A stretch of 57,245 bases of DNA, filler included, from Basidioascus undulatus (Eukaryota): NCBI GenBank assembly GCA_000826855.1. It is 4 parts of 4 records of this genome, joined end to end, with 100 filler letters (N's around TTAATTAATTAA, not from the genome) between each part and the next. Parts side by side here need not be neighbours in the genome. Positions count along the whole stretch, not along the records: positions 1 to 9,178 come from JTLS01001288.1; positions 9,279 to 18,452 come from JTLS01001289.1; 2 more parts are not named here. One strand, written 5' to 3'. The first letter of the stretch is position 1; the number at the start of each line of letters is the position of its first letter. The translations under genes and the position numbers were made by a program. This document shows positions 1-10,836 of this stretch, piece by piece. Below the pieces are notes generated by a model that searched no databases, was not told the origin of the DNA, and saw only the letters and a program-made list of their open reading frames with translations.

Positions 1-143
1 CCCTCAATCCTCGAGCTGGTGAACTCGAGCAGCGACGTGGCCGCCTTCGACAGTGTTGTGGCAGCGAAGTGGCACGCAAGGGCGCTACTGCCCCCGGGGA
101 TGACTCCGGGTGAGCTGTGTAGGCTCGTCCTTGCCTGTGACGG

Positions 144-674
144 CTACTCGTTGAGGTCCTCCAACTTCCCTAAAGTAGACGACTCTGCGGTGGTGGCCGC
201 GTGGACGAAGATAGGGACACTCAGTAAGGTACTGGCATCGACAATCTTCTCCCTAATCACCGGCTTCTCCACCACCTTGTACACCGGCTTCTCGACGACT
301 TTCACGATCACCTTGGGCTTCTGCTGCAGTTTCTTTGAAGCTTCATTGGCCTGTGACTTCTTTATAAATTAAGGGGAAAAATCCAATGTACCTTGCGCTC
401 GATCTTTTTAGGCTTGTACTCAACCTTCTTGGGCTTGTGCTGGCCCTTCTTGACATAATGCTTCGGCATGTAGTGCTGATAATCGCAGAGGCGAATGTCA
501 GTCACTGTGTCTCCTGCAGATGAAACACAATATCACATCTTTCCTGTGGTGTTGGCCCTTATGCCCATCCCTAGGCGCAAGGTGCGCACCACCAGCCTGG
601 AAGCCAGGCAGCGCCGCGGCGAAGGCGGTGGTAGCGGAGAGGGAGAGGACAGTGAGGAGGAGGGTGGTACGCAT
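144..674 (-). CDS. Secreted Lys/His-rich repeat protein, copy 1 (3' end diverged or truncated relative to copy 2)
   Basis: ATG at 674 with signal peptide MRTTLLLTVLSLSATTAFAAAL. GT-AG introns at 476-536 and ~321-391. Spliced product ...PRDGHKGQHHRKD|HYMPKHYVKKGQHKPKKVEYKPKKIERK|KPKVIVKVVEKPVYKVVEKPVIREKIVD..., first in-frame TAG at 144-146. Clear paralog of 3493-4242. Confidence 0.7.
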
Positions 675-1289
675 TTCGGAGAGGATAAAGCGAAGTGGAA
701 GATGGGAAGTCAGAGGAGAAATGGTGAGTGTTGATCTGCTGGTACGTGCAAGAGGGTGTTTATGTACCGTGAGCGGGCTGCGCGGCGAACAGCAGCTGTT
801 GGCCGCTGCGCGAGGCTGCGCGATGTGGTGGGCACTTGCTGGTAGGAACCGGGATGCGCTGGCGTGGACATGGTAAGATTGAAAATTGAAGGTATGGTCC
901 ACTCTCTGGCTACCCGAGACTAGACGGGTGGCTGCGTGCCCTGCCGCCAGTAAAGGTCTGGTTCCTGGCGCCGTGGGCGAGGGCTACTGGGCAAAAGTGC
1001 CTGGAGTTGAAGTCGTCCAAGGCTGTTTGGTAACCTATATGTCAAGTTTTTCTGGGTACGTTCGGCGGATATAGCCGATGTTTCGAGCAGGCCCTTGGCC
1101 CGCAGCTCCACTTGTGACAAACGAATAAACGCGTCAAGGGAAGCCTGGAAGCACATGCCCGGATGGTTGTAAAATACATAAGCCCCATTCCAAGTGAAGG
1201 GGGAATACTGGAAACAAAGCTTCCGTTGTCTGTTCAGAGGCCCGTGAGCGACTCCTCGGCATTGCAGTTCTGTCGTCCAATGCCATCTT

Positions 1290-2536
1290 AGATTCCGCAC
1301 TTTGCTCGGCTCCCTCGACCTCAATCCTCTCAATCTCCCCGCAATATTTCTCTCATCCCAATCATCATCGATGCTCTTGTCAGGACTCCTTCGTCGCCAG
1401 CTCGCTTTCGGCGCTCCTCGTCGTCCGCTGTTGACACCTGGCTATATAGCCTGTCCGCGAGACCTTCGACTTCTCGGGCTTCACCCTTACTCTCGACCTT
1501 TGTTCTCCCTCTTCAAGCGTTTACTGTCGAGACTCTAGGCTGTGCGCATCAAGGTTACTCAACATCGGGCCATGACCGCGGGCTTTCGAATTCTCCAGAA
1601 ACAGAATTTGACTTGGACATTTATCTCGGCTACGGTGTCAACTCTGTGGAGGAACTGGCACCGTTTACCTCGGACCCGTCGCGGGGAGCAAAAGTGGGGA
1701 ACTTCAGTATAATTCAGTTCATTGATGCGTTCAGGCAATTCAGTTCTTCAGCTTCGGACTCGCCCTTGCCAGATGACGCGGAGAAAGCACACATAGTGAG
1801 CTGCACATTCCCCTCGAGTGTGTGTTGGATCCTGTTGAAATACTCGGTGCACCAACAGTTACATGAAGACAACACTTCTTGCTTTACGATTGATGCTCCG
1901 GGCTTTTCTCATATGACTGTCGCCACCCTGTCAACCCCAGCCGAGATCTCATTCCCGCCATGGCTTCTCTGTCGCACCTCGCTTCATTTCCTACCAACTT
2001 CAAGTCACTTTCGCCTTGGACCGAGAGTTTCGGGTTTTAACTTCCTAAGGAACTCACTCTGTGCACTTAGGAGGGGGACGACCTAACCTCGGCCGAGTCT
2101 CTCCAAAGCGCGCAGCAGTCGAACAAGATACTGTCGGCTGAGGGACAGTCAGTCGGGCGACTCGTTGTAGAGCTCGATGACCGAGGGAATCCCGAGGCCA
2201 ACTACTCGGGCGCGACCGCTCTTCTGCGGCCCATGCTCGATGCCCTCACGCTCCTGGCCCCGAGCGAGGTCGTCATTCACGTGCGAAGCATTGGCGATCC
2301 GTACCCGCTATTTATCATATTACTACGAATCTTTTTCAGTTGAAAGAGACCAGTGGCTTGAGGATCTCGTAGTGCAGGCTCTGGAGGATGGTGCCAGAGA
2401 AGACTGCGAGGAGGAGTACGACGCGGTCGCAGCGTTCCTGGGCGAGCGATTTCCTCGGAGCAAGGGATGGAAGGTCCAGGAGATGAACCAGGATTTGGAG
2501 GATGATTTGGAGATTTCTGTGAAGAGATCCGCTTAA
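1290..2536 (+). CDS. Possible hypothetical gene or relic; exon structure unresolved
   Basis: One frame is open from ~1330 through the 1613 ORF, with a GTGAG donor at ~1796 and a protein-like last segment (WLEDLVVQALEDGAREDCEEEYDAVAAFLGERFP) ending at TAA 2536. No family recognised. Confidence 0.25.
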
Positions 2537-3492
2537 ATCCGGCCTGCACCGAAATATATACATGCGTCTCTTCGACATTTCTGCAGGTTTGGCCGTCAGG
2601 GTCTTGAATCGTCGCATCCACATTACCTAGCAGTGCCACTTGAGCGTGGTACTGGAATCATTCGACGACGGTTATGTGCCAATGCTCCGAACAACTCGCA
2701 GAGAAGCTGCAGTCGCACCCAGCGCGTGTGCAATGCCCGTTGAATGGCTTGTCAGAAGCAGTTTGCACCAATGTCGAGAATATGAGCTCTATAGATTTAG
2801 AGGGGCACGACTTTGCATAACCACCATTTCTGTAAACAAGACACGGAAAGATTCAACGTAAAACAACTGATCCTGCCTTGTTCGTCCACAGTCGAGCGCC
2901 TTCGCCAGCAGCTACGCTCACTTTGTTCTCATCATGATGCCCGCAATTGCAATGCTCCCAGTTTTCTCTATGTACCTCTTCAAACATACTTCCTAGCCCA
3001 TTTTGCTCTCTCGGAGGGGAAGAGGAGGCAACCTCTTCCTCTCCTTCTCCTCCCCCGCGCCCATATCTCCTCTTGCCGCACCTTTCCTGGCCAGAGACAT
3101 GGCATAACAAAAGCCAGCACGCAACGGTACCGCTTGTTTATCGTTTGTGCAGGAGAGGCTAGGGTTTTCCGGCTGGGATTGGCGATTGGCAGCGAAAGGA
3201 CTCTGCTTTGTCGGGTCGCGATTCAGGCCGTGAAATGAACACGACAATGTAATGTGCTCTCGAGTTTATAACATGTCTTGAGACTTCAAACGCTTCTATT
3301 ATGAATCCTTAAGCTATTGGTTTGCATGAATGCCTTGACAATGTCCTTGCTCAGGGGAACACGCGCCAGGACATGTGCTCCAGACACGGAAGAATACCTT
3401 GCGGTGCCCGACACCAACCCATTAAACAATCGAATGCGGCTCCGGTACAGTTTAAAAAATGTATAAAGATAACAGAGAAGTCAGGAAAGCGA

Positions 3493-4242
3493 TCAGTTGT
3501 CGCCATCGTTGTTGTCGCTGTTCTCTTCCCCCCGTTGGCCATTGTTGCCCTCGTCGTCGTTGCTCTCCTTCTTGTCGCCCTCCTTGTCATCACCATTCTT
3601 CTTGTCTTTCTTCTTTTTATCGACCTTCTTCTTGCCATTGTTCTCGTCATCGTCCTGTTTGGCTCGAGTCAGGACCAACCCGAACTTCCCTATCAAGGAA
3701 GGGCCTCAACTGCACCTTCTTCTCGTCCTTCTTTTCCTCCTTCTTCTTCTTCGGCTTCTCAATGTACTTGATCACCTCCACCTGTTTCTCCACGATCTTC
3801 TCCTTGATCACCGGCTTCTCGACGATCTTGTACACCGGCTTTTCGACGATTTTCACGACCTCCTTGGGCTTCTTCTGCGAGTCGTCTCAGTTTACATCAG
3901 CCTATGAATAAGTAAGGGGACATGAAAATCCAACGTGCCTTGTGCTCGACCTTCTTAGGCTTGTGCTCGACCTTCTTACGCTTGTGCTCTATCTTCTTAC
4001 GCTTGTGCTCGACCTTCTTGACATGGTGCTTCGGCCGGTAGTGCTAAGAATTGCACCCACAATGTCAACCACTGTGCACACTTGCAGCTGCATCGCAAAC
4101 TTACCTCTTTTTTATGATGCTCGCCCTTATGTCCGTCCCTCGGCACCAGCTGCGCAGTCCCGGTGTGGAAGCCAGGCAGCGCAGCGGCGAGGGCGGTGCT
4201 GGCGGAGAGGGAGAGGACGGAGAGGACGAGGGCGGTACGCAT
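3493..4242 (-). CDS. Secreted Lys/His-rich repeat protein, copy 2 (187 aa, 4 exons)
   Basis: Exons 4105-4242, 3939-4043, 3716-3874 and 3493-3654, all phase 0. Signal peptide, then KKVEHK repeats, KIVEKPVYKIVEKPVIKEKIVEKQVEVIKYIEKP, and a D/E/K/N-rich tail. Intron 2 has a GC donor. Confidence 0.8.
3939..4022 (-). repeat. Four 21-bp coding tandem repeats (KKVEHK[R/P])
   Basis: Unit cttgtgctc(gac/tat)cttctta(g/c)g repeated on the + strand. Confidence 0.85.
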
Positions 4243-5261
4243 TGCTGAATAGTGTAAGTGAGAGGAGATAGGGGTCTGTGAAGGGGCTGATGCTGGTCTG
4301 TTGGGATGGAGAGCGGGGGTTATATCTCGCTTTCGAAGCAGTCCGCGCAGCGAGAGAGCAGCGAGCAGCGGCCGCTGCGCGGCATTACGCGTACTACTGG
4401 AGGATACTGCCAAGCACCCACAGCGCCTGTTGAAGTTTCAACTGGCAGGTAGTTTGCCTTTTCATGGCTTCCCGAGACCAATAAGTTCTGTTCGCGAGCG
4501 AAAGCATAGGCGCAGGGAAGCTGCAGCTGCGCAAAGTCCAAGGTCAAGCTGGGAGGCTCCCGTCCTCCTGCGATTCCACCATGCTTTGCAGCCGTAGTTT
4601 CAATCTAATACTGGGTGATCTACCTTCGAGTCTCCAAGCATACCAGCCATAGTCCTGCGCCAAGGTCCAATACCCCAGCCCCGACATCCACGATCGCTCA
4701 TCCCCTTCTCTATCCCTCATCCCCTCGGCGCCCCCCGTCCCGCCGTCAGCCTCTTCCCAGATGCGACAGACGCCTCCCTGAACGTCCACATCAAGCCAGC
4801 ACGCAGGTTTTGTGTGTGTGTAGGCGGTACATGCATATGCAGTAGCAGCGATGATATGACAATGAAGTGCGGATGGTACAGCAGCGTTGGAGCCAGAGCC
4901 AAAGAAAACAAGAAAAAGTGCGGAGCCACACGGGAAACGCGAAGAAAGGAAGAGAGAGATGTGTAGCGAGAGCAAATGCCCAACCAGAAGATTGGGGAAG
5001 GAGCGAAGGAGGGAGGGGTGCGGTTTGGGAAGAGAGGAGGGTGGGCGGTGAGGAGGGTGGAGAGGCAGGATGGGGATGAGGGAGGAGGATCGTATGAGGA
5101 GGTGGAAGGAGGGAATTAGACACAGGTTACGAAATGGAGGAGGGTATCGCTGGGTGTTATTATCTACGTGAATAAGGTCGGGCGTATTACGACTTGATAT
5201 GAGGAACACATAGTTTCGGAGCAGGGGATCGAGAAGAACGCAAGGTACACATCCGCTCATC

Positions 5262-6841
5262 CTAAAACCTCCCCTTATCCCCCTGCCCCTGGGCGCTCAA
5301 GCTCGGGCTCGTAGCGGGTGTCTCCCTGTCCGCCCTCTCTCTTCCCACGCCCAAGTCCCCCTCGTCCTCCTCATCGCTCCGTGCACTAACCGTCGTGCTC
5401 GGCGTGCTCCCCGCCGCAGGCGGCGGCGCAGCGAGCTGGGGCGGGGGGAAGACGAACGGTCTCGGGGGAGTCTTCGAGTCCTGTGCCGCGGCTGCCAGGC
5501 GGCTTTCCGTGTCGCCGCCCGGAGCCGTTCCGGACGTGCGGCGGAGGTTGTGCGGCGCGCGGGGGAGGAATGGAGCTCCCGGGTGTGCGTTCGCGGTCGT
5601 GGGGCTCTCGGGTGGGAGGTCGTCGAGCGCGAAGTCCGAGTCAGCCGCGGCGCTCCACACGCGTCTGTGCCCGAAGGACGCGGTGGCTGGTGTGGGGAGT
5701 TTCTCGCGTCCGAGGCTCGCGAGAGATGGGAGGGCGGAGGGGTCGCGGAGATGGGACGGGAGGAGGACGTAAAATGTGGCGGTCGCGAGGCACCCGCCCG
5801 CGACGGCGTCGACGAGGTAGTGGTGTGAGAGGTACATCGTCGCCCAGTAGAGCAAGGCGGTGTACCCCCAGTACAGCGCCCGGAAGCGCGGGAAGAAGTG
5901 CGAGAGGAACAAAGCCTCGATCGTTGCGCAGCCGGCGTGCAGGGAGGGGAAGGCACCGAAGACCATGGGAGAGGCACCGAAGGTAGAGGTGTACCCGTGC
6001 GAGTGGAAAAGCTCATCGATCCGCGCGAGACCGGCGGGGGAACCCGGGATCGAGTAGGACGCGGGCGTCAGGCCGTACAGGAGCTCGTACCCTGGAGGAG
6101 CGGAGGAGGGAGGATGAGCACACTGGGCGAGGACGCAAGGGAGAGGAGCGGGAGGGGAAGGAGGAAGTGGAGGAACTCACAAGGCGGAGCGCAAGGGAAC
6201 GCGATCTGAACAAGCACGCCGATGATGTTCATCCATCCAAAGCACCTCGCCCAGAACGCAAGCGCGCTCTCGCTCCTCCACTCGTTCGCGTCCCGCCCGC
6301 CCTTCGCGGGTGCCCACACCCACGCGGCGGCCGCAATCACGAACGGCACCACAAAGTGGACCAGTCCATACGGGAACCAGGCGAGGACGTCGAGGACCCA
6401 GTGCCGGTAGCGGGTGAGAATGTCCGAGATGTTGGCGCCGTACCAGACGCTCTCGAGCGTGGGGAGGATGGTGACGTTGATTGTGGGGCGGAGGGCAGTG
6501 GGGATGAAGCGGGAGGAGTAGAAGAGGAGGACCCAGGCGAGGATGGGTGTGCCCGGGAGGAAGAACTGGGACGTTGCGGGGAGGAGGAGGAGGAGCGTGT
6601 AGAGCGCGGGGAGCGCGAGCTTGAGCGGGAAAGGCGGTGCGGTCATGAAGTACAGGCACGGGAGAGCGATGAGCAGGAAACACAGGTACTGCGCGTCCCG
6701 CCGCCGCCAGCGATGTCGGCGCAGGCGGGAGAGGGACGCAGAGGAGGAGAGCGAGAGGTCGAGCGCGGAGAAGGCAGATTGCAGGTCGGCGGCGAGGGGA
6801 CGCAGGAAGGGAGGCACCCGCGGACCGAGTATTCGCACCAT
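5262..6841 (-). CDS. AUR1: Inositol phosphorylceramide synthase (aureobasidin A target, PAP2 superfamily)
   Basis: Two exons, intron 6092-6180. Motifs LPTLESVWYGANISDIL, WFPYGLVHF, FPCAPP|WYELLYG, GSPAGLARID, FGAFPSLH, YLSHHYLVD. Confidence 0.95.
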
Positions 6842-7739
6842 CGTAGAACGGCGCGGGGAGGGGAAGAAGGAGAGGAGGGAGGGTAAGGGAGCGGAAGGGG
6901 GAAGGGGGAAGGGGGAGATGGCGCGGTGGACGAGGGCAAGGAGGTGAGCGAGCAGAACAGGCGAGGCTGAGTAGGGAAGCCTGATGCACGCCGGCCGTAG
7001 CAATCAAGGGCGCGCCCGAAGACGCGGGCGCCGCTGACAGGCGATGCGAAACTGTCATGTTCAAAACGATCACTTTCTGTTCTTTTTTTTTTTTGCAGTG
7101 CACTTTGCGACATATTGGTACGTCGGTTTGAGGAGGAGGATGCATTGATAGGGGGCTGAGATTGGTGAGAGCTGCTGCGGACGGAGAGGCTCAGCGCGAC
7201 GCGACTGCACGTTCGCGTTTTCAGCTTCTGCGTGTGAACAATGCGTTTGAATGCACTTGCCTATTTTGCAGTGTATTTGCGTGGAATATAATTATCAGCT
7301 ACATCGCTCGCACAGGAAAGCTCGTGAAAGCTGCGGGAGTTGTCCTTGTAGCCTCAGCTTACAGCCTGCAGCAGGACCACGACCTCCCATGTCCACAGAC
7401 TAGCGAGCGCGTGTTCCTTACCCTTTCCAAGCCAGCAGAATGCGGCATCCTAAATATTGATGCAGAGCATCTCCTGATCTGGTTGTACGGCTCGGGTATT
7501 GAGAGTCGACCAGGTTAAGCTCAACGCTCAACACTGCACTGCGACAGCCTCGTCTGCTGGTCTGCCTAGAAACCCCTCGCCTTGTCCCAAAGTTCCTGTT
7601 ACCTATACCGCTGGTCATCTCTCAATCAGAAGAATATTTCTTTCCTGCCCAATTAAACGTGTTGGAGACGGTCGACCGCGAAAGTCGCACTCCCACCCCC
7701 TTTCTTAGGTTAGGTGCCCGCCCCTTAGAACTCCTTCCA

Positions 7740-9178
7740 ATGAAAACTCCCTCCTCCCACTCCCATCGCCCATCAGAATACACCAACGCCGCAATGGACT
7801 CCCCCTCCCACTCCTCCACCCACCCTCTCCCAACCACAACCACCGCCGCTTCCCCTTCTTCCCACCCTGCCCCCGCCCCCTGGCCCTCCCACATCGTCGA
7901 CCCCGCGCTCCAATCCCTCCCTCAGTTTCCAAGTGCGAAGCGCGCGCGCGCGGAGGACGAGGAGGACGACGAGGATGAGGAGGAGGACGAGGACGAGGAT
8001 GAGGAGGACGAGGAGGGGAGCCGGGCGGAGGAGGGAGGGGGTGTGCTGCCCTTCCCGTTGCCCACGCCCAGGTTCGTTGGAAGTGTGGAGAGCTGGTATG
8101 AGTTGCAGATGAGGGCGCTCCATCTGGCGGCGGAGTTTACGGAGGGGGTTGCGGAACTGCTGGTGAGCTTTCGGGTCTTCTCTCTTAGCTTCTCCTAGCT
8201 TGGAAAGCGTGCGACGTTGTAGCTGATTGCGGCGGGGCGGGAATAGAACGCGACGCCCAGCACGCTCCTCGCCGAGGGGGAGCAGACGGGCCTCGCGCCC
8301 CTGCGGTTCATCCAAGAAGTCGAGAACGCATGCCAGAACCTCGTCCGTCCCCCCTCCTCTCTCCCCACCATCCTCATCCCCATCCCCATCCCCCAATCCC
8401 CCCTCCTCCATCTCACTCCTCCCCCAAATCCCACAGGTAGCGACCCTCCAGAACCCGTCCATCCTCCCCGCGCCGCCCCCGCCCGGCCCGCCGAGGCAGT
8501 ACGACTTCTCTCCCTCCCCCTTCGTGGGGCACATCCCCTCGCTGCCAGGGTACGGCCTGTCGGGCATCAAGGCGAACACGGGGCAGTGGACGCCCGATGA
8601 GGAGGAGCGGCTGCGCGCGCTCGCGGACGCGAGCAGAGGGGAGGACCCCAGGAACGATGTGGATTGGGATTGGGTGGTGGCCACTTTTGGGCCGACGCGG
8701 ACGAGGTGCGTTGGGGTTGTGTGCTTCCTTCTCTAGGCTACTCTGGGATGGGAGACTGAGCGGGGACGGGGAACAGGCATCAGATCCTCGTGAAAGCGAC
8801 GTCCCTGAACCTGAAGCCCACCACGACTCACCCCAATCGCAAAGTGCGCCAATCCCTCGCCGCTGCCGCCGCCGCCGCAGCAGCCGTCTCCTCCGCGCCC
8901 ACCCACGCGCACCACCTCTCCTTCTCCCCCTCCCCCGCCGGCGACCTTGCGGACTTCCATGCCGCCCAGGCTCAGCTCATGGCGTTCGCGACGGCTGCGG
9001 CTGCTGCAGGCGGAGGACAGGCGGGCCAGCCCCCGCCCCAGTTTTTGCAATTGTTTGGGGGGATCGCGGGGGCGCTTACTGCTGGTGCCGGCGCGGGGAC
9101 AGGGGGGCAGGGCAGGGGGAAGGAGGTGGTGGGGGAGGAAGGGCGCCCACCTGAGCGATCAAGATCTGTCCCTGCAGC
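7740..9178 (+). CDS. Myb/SANT-like domain nuclear protein, 3' truncated by contig end
   Basis: Start at 7740 or 7794. NLS-like KRAR and an acidic run. Spliced GQWTPDEEERLRALA...DWDWVVATFGPTRTR|HQILVKATSLNLK matches Myb Trp spacing. Middle exon boundaries uncertain. Confidence 0.7.
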
Positions 9179-9278
9179 NNNNNNNNNNNNNNNNNNNNNN
9201 NNNNNNNNNNNNNNNNNNNNNNTTAATTAATTAANNNNNNNNNNNNNNNNNNNNNNNNNNNNNNNNNNNNNNNNNNNN
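9179..9278. other. Artificial contig spacer
   Basis: 44 N + TTAATTAATTAA (stops in all six frames, 9223-9234) + 44 N. Confidence 0.99.
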
Positions 9279-9655
9279 ACGATTGAAGTACTCCTGCGCA
9301 TCGTCGGGTCGGTCAAGCTGTTGGTAACGTTAATGCTGAGGGTGTCGCCCTTGTTGGCGGCTATCAGCGTCCCGGGGAAGATGCCGTTGACGACCGTGGC
9401 GGAACGGGGGAAGCCATCGGCAGAAATCACGGCATTGCCGATGTCGAGGCTGTATTCGCGGACCATGCCTGAGTGACTACCGGGAGGCGCTACATTTCCG
9501 CCGTTTGAGGGAACGCGTTTTGGGCCCTTGGGGTAAACTCTGCCGTCCACGTGGTCGTAGGGATGATGAGCGCCATGCCGGTGAGTTGAGCACGCGACGA
9601 TAGCGGAGAGTGCAAGGAGAGCAGAGAGCGTGAAGCTTGTATGTAAGAGGCGCAT
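9279..9655 (-). CDS. Laccase (AA1 multicopper oxidase), first exon only
   Basis: Signal peptide, then DGFPRSATVVNGIFPGTLIAANKGDTLSINVTNSLTDPTMRRSTSI followed by GT, immediately before the expected HWHG copper motif. Confidence 0.9.
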
Positions 9656-9733
9656 AGCTGGCTTGGAAAAGAGTGTGAAGCTCGAAGAGAACAGGGATGA
9701 CAGTTGGAGGAAAGCATGCTTGAAGACCAGACC

Positions 9734-9740
9734 TTTTATA
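9734..9740 (-). promoter_or_regulatory. Putative TATA box of the laccase gene
   Basis: TATAAAA on the minus strand about 80 bp upstream of the ATG. Confidence 0.55.
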
Positions 9741-10808
9741 TGTTGGCTGACCCACCAAACCTTTTATGACAACACAGCGGTTTCCCCTGGTCCCGCTTCA
9801 AAGAAATGTGAAATGGACCGGGCAGGCGTTGTGCGTATATCTCGCCAGTGCAGGGCTATTTAAAGGCAAAGGGAGTATGCAGGGGCGTCTTCTCCAGCAA
9901 TCAGGACCATGGGATGGGAGATACAATGGACCGTTGTCAATCACATGGCCCCGTCAACAGATAAAGCCAAAGTGGAAGGGCAGGAAAAAGCAGCCGCCAG
10001 TAGCTGAAGGCGCGCTCATGGACGCGCAGTAGCTCAGCTGGGCCATCCGCGGGTTTGAGGAAGAGTTCATGGGAATGTCGAGGGTGTGTTGGCTTTGAAT
10101 GTTATTTATCTGCGAAGTTTAGAGCATGCGATAGGGACACCTTAAGTTTGAAGCGCCTGCTCGCGTTGACAGCTGGGTTCGAGTTATCAAAACGACAGAT
10201 TGTGTGGGACCACCTACATACTGTGGAGGTTCGTTGTGTCCTTCGAAGCTCTATCTAGCCTTCAAGTCACTTTAAGGATGGGAGTGTGTTCCTGAGTCCA
10301 TGGACATGCGGCATGCGTACCAACAGTACTTCGAGAGGCAATAGATTGCACCGGCCGTCTGTTCGTTGGTTCCTGGTCCCCTCTTTCTTTTCCACTGTGA
10401 GATTGGATCTCCGCGTATATGTATCTTTTAAACTCAGAAGCTGCGTAGTTATCAAGGTGCTACGCTCCAAAAAGAGCCAAGTCCTATCTTCTCTGCCTGC
10501 CATCTCACTCTTGCGAAGAACCGCTCAGCTGCTCGTGGTGGACGGAAGACACTTCGTCCGCACAGAGTCCAGGATGGAGCACTTGCGTATAAGAGCTTAG
10601 AGCGAGAACATCGTGTATACCTAGTGTTGTTTGAAGACAGCATTACGCTCATAGAGTGTTATAGCAGATCCAGCATGCATCGTCAATGTGCGCGGGGTAC
10701 TGACGTGAGCCATAACGGGAAAAGGGAACAGACCCGGGGGCTTAAACTCTTTCAGAACGCCAGAAGAGAAGGAAGAATTTGCGATAAATATAGATTGCGA
10801 GGGTTTTA

Positions 10809-10836
10809 GTGTGTGTGTGTGTGTGTGTGCGTGTGT
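10809..10836. repeat. (GT)n microsatellite with one GC interruption
   Basis: Directly visible. Confidence 0.95.

Noticed and set aside
3322..3911. Hydrophobic membrane-like ORFs on the + strand
   Set aside because: Antisense of the Lys/Asp/Glu-rich exons of the 3493-4242 gene.
6330..6390. Aureobasidin-resistance allele in AUR1
   Set aside because: The PYGLVHF segment keeps the His-Phe pair of sensitive enzymes as I recall it, and no toxin cluster is adjacent.
5297..7145. Long overlapping ORFs around AUR1, and likewise around Myb, CYS3, PXA1 and 56374-57231
   Set aside because: Shadow frames of GC-rich coding sequence with Arg/Pro/Gly-rich translations and no motifs.
9223..9234. TTAATTAATTAA as a piggyBac TTAA target site or biological repeat
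   Set aside because: It is centred in fixed-length N runs three times, so it is an assembly linker.
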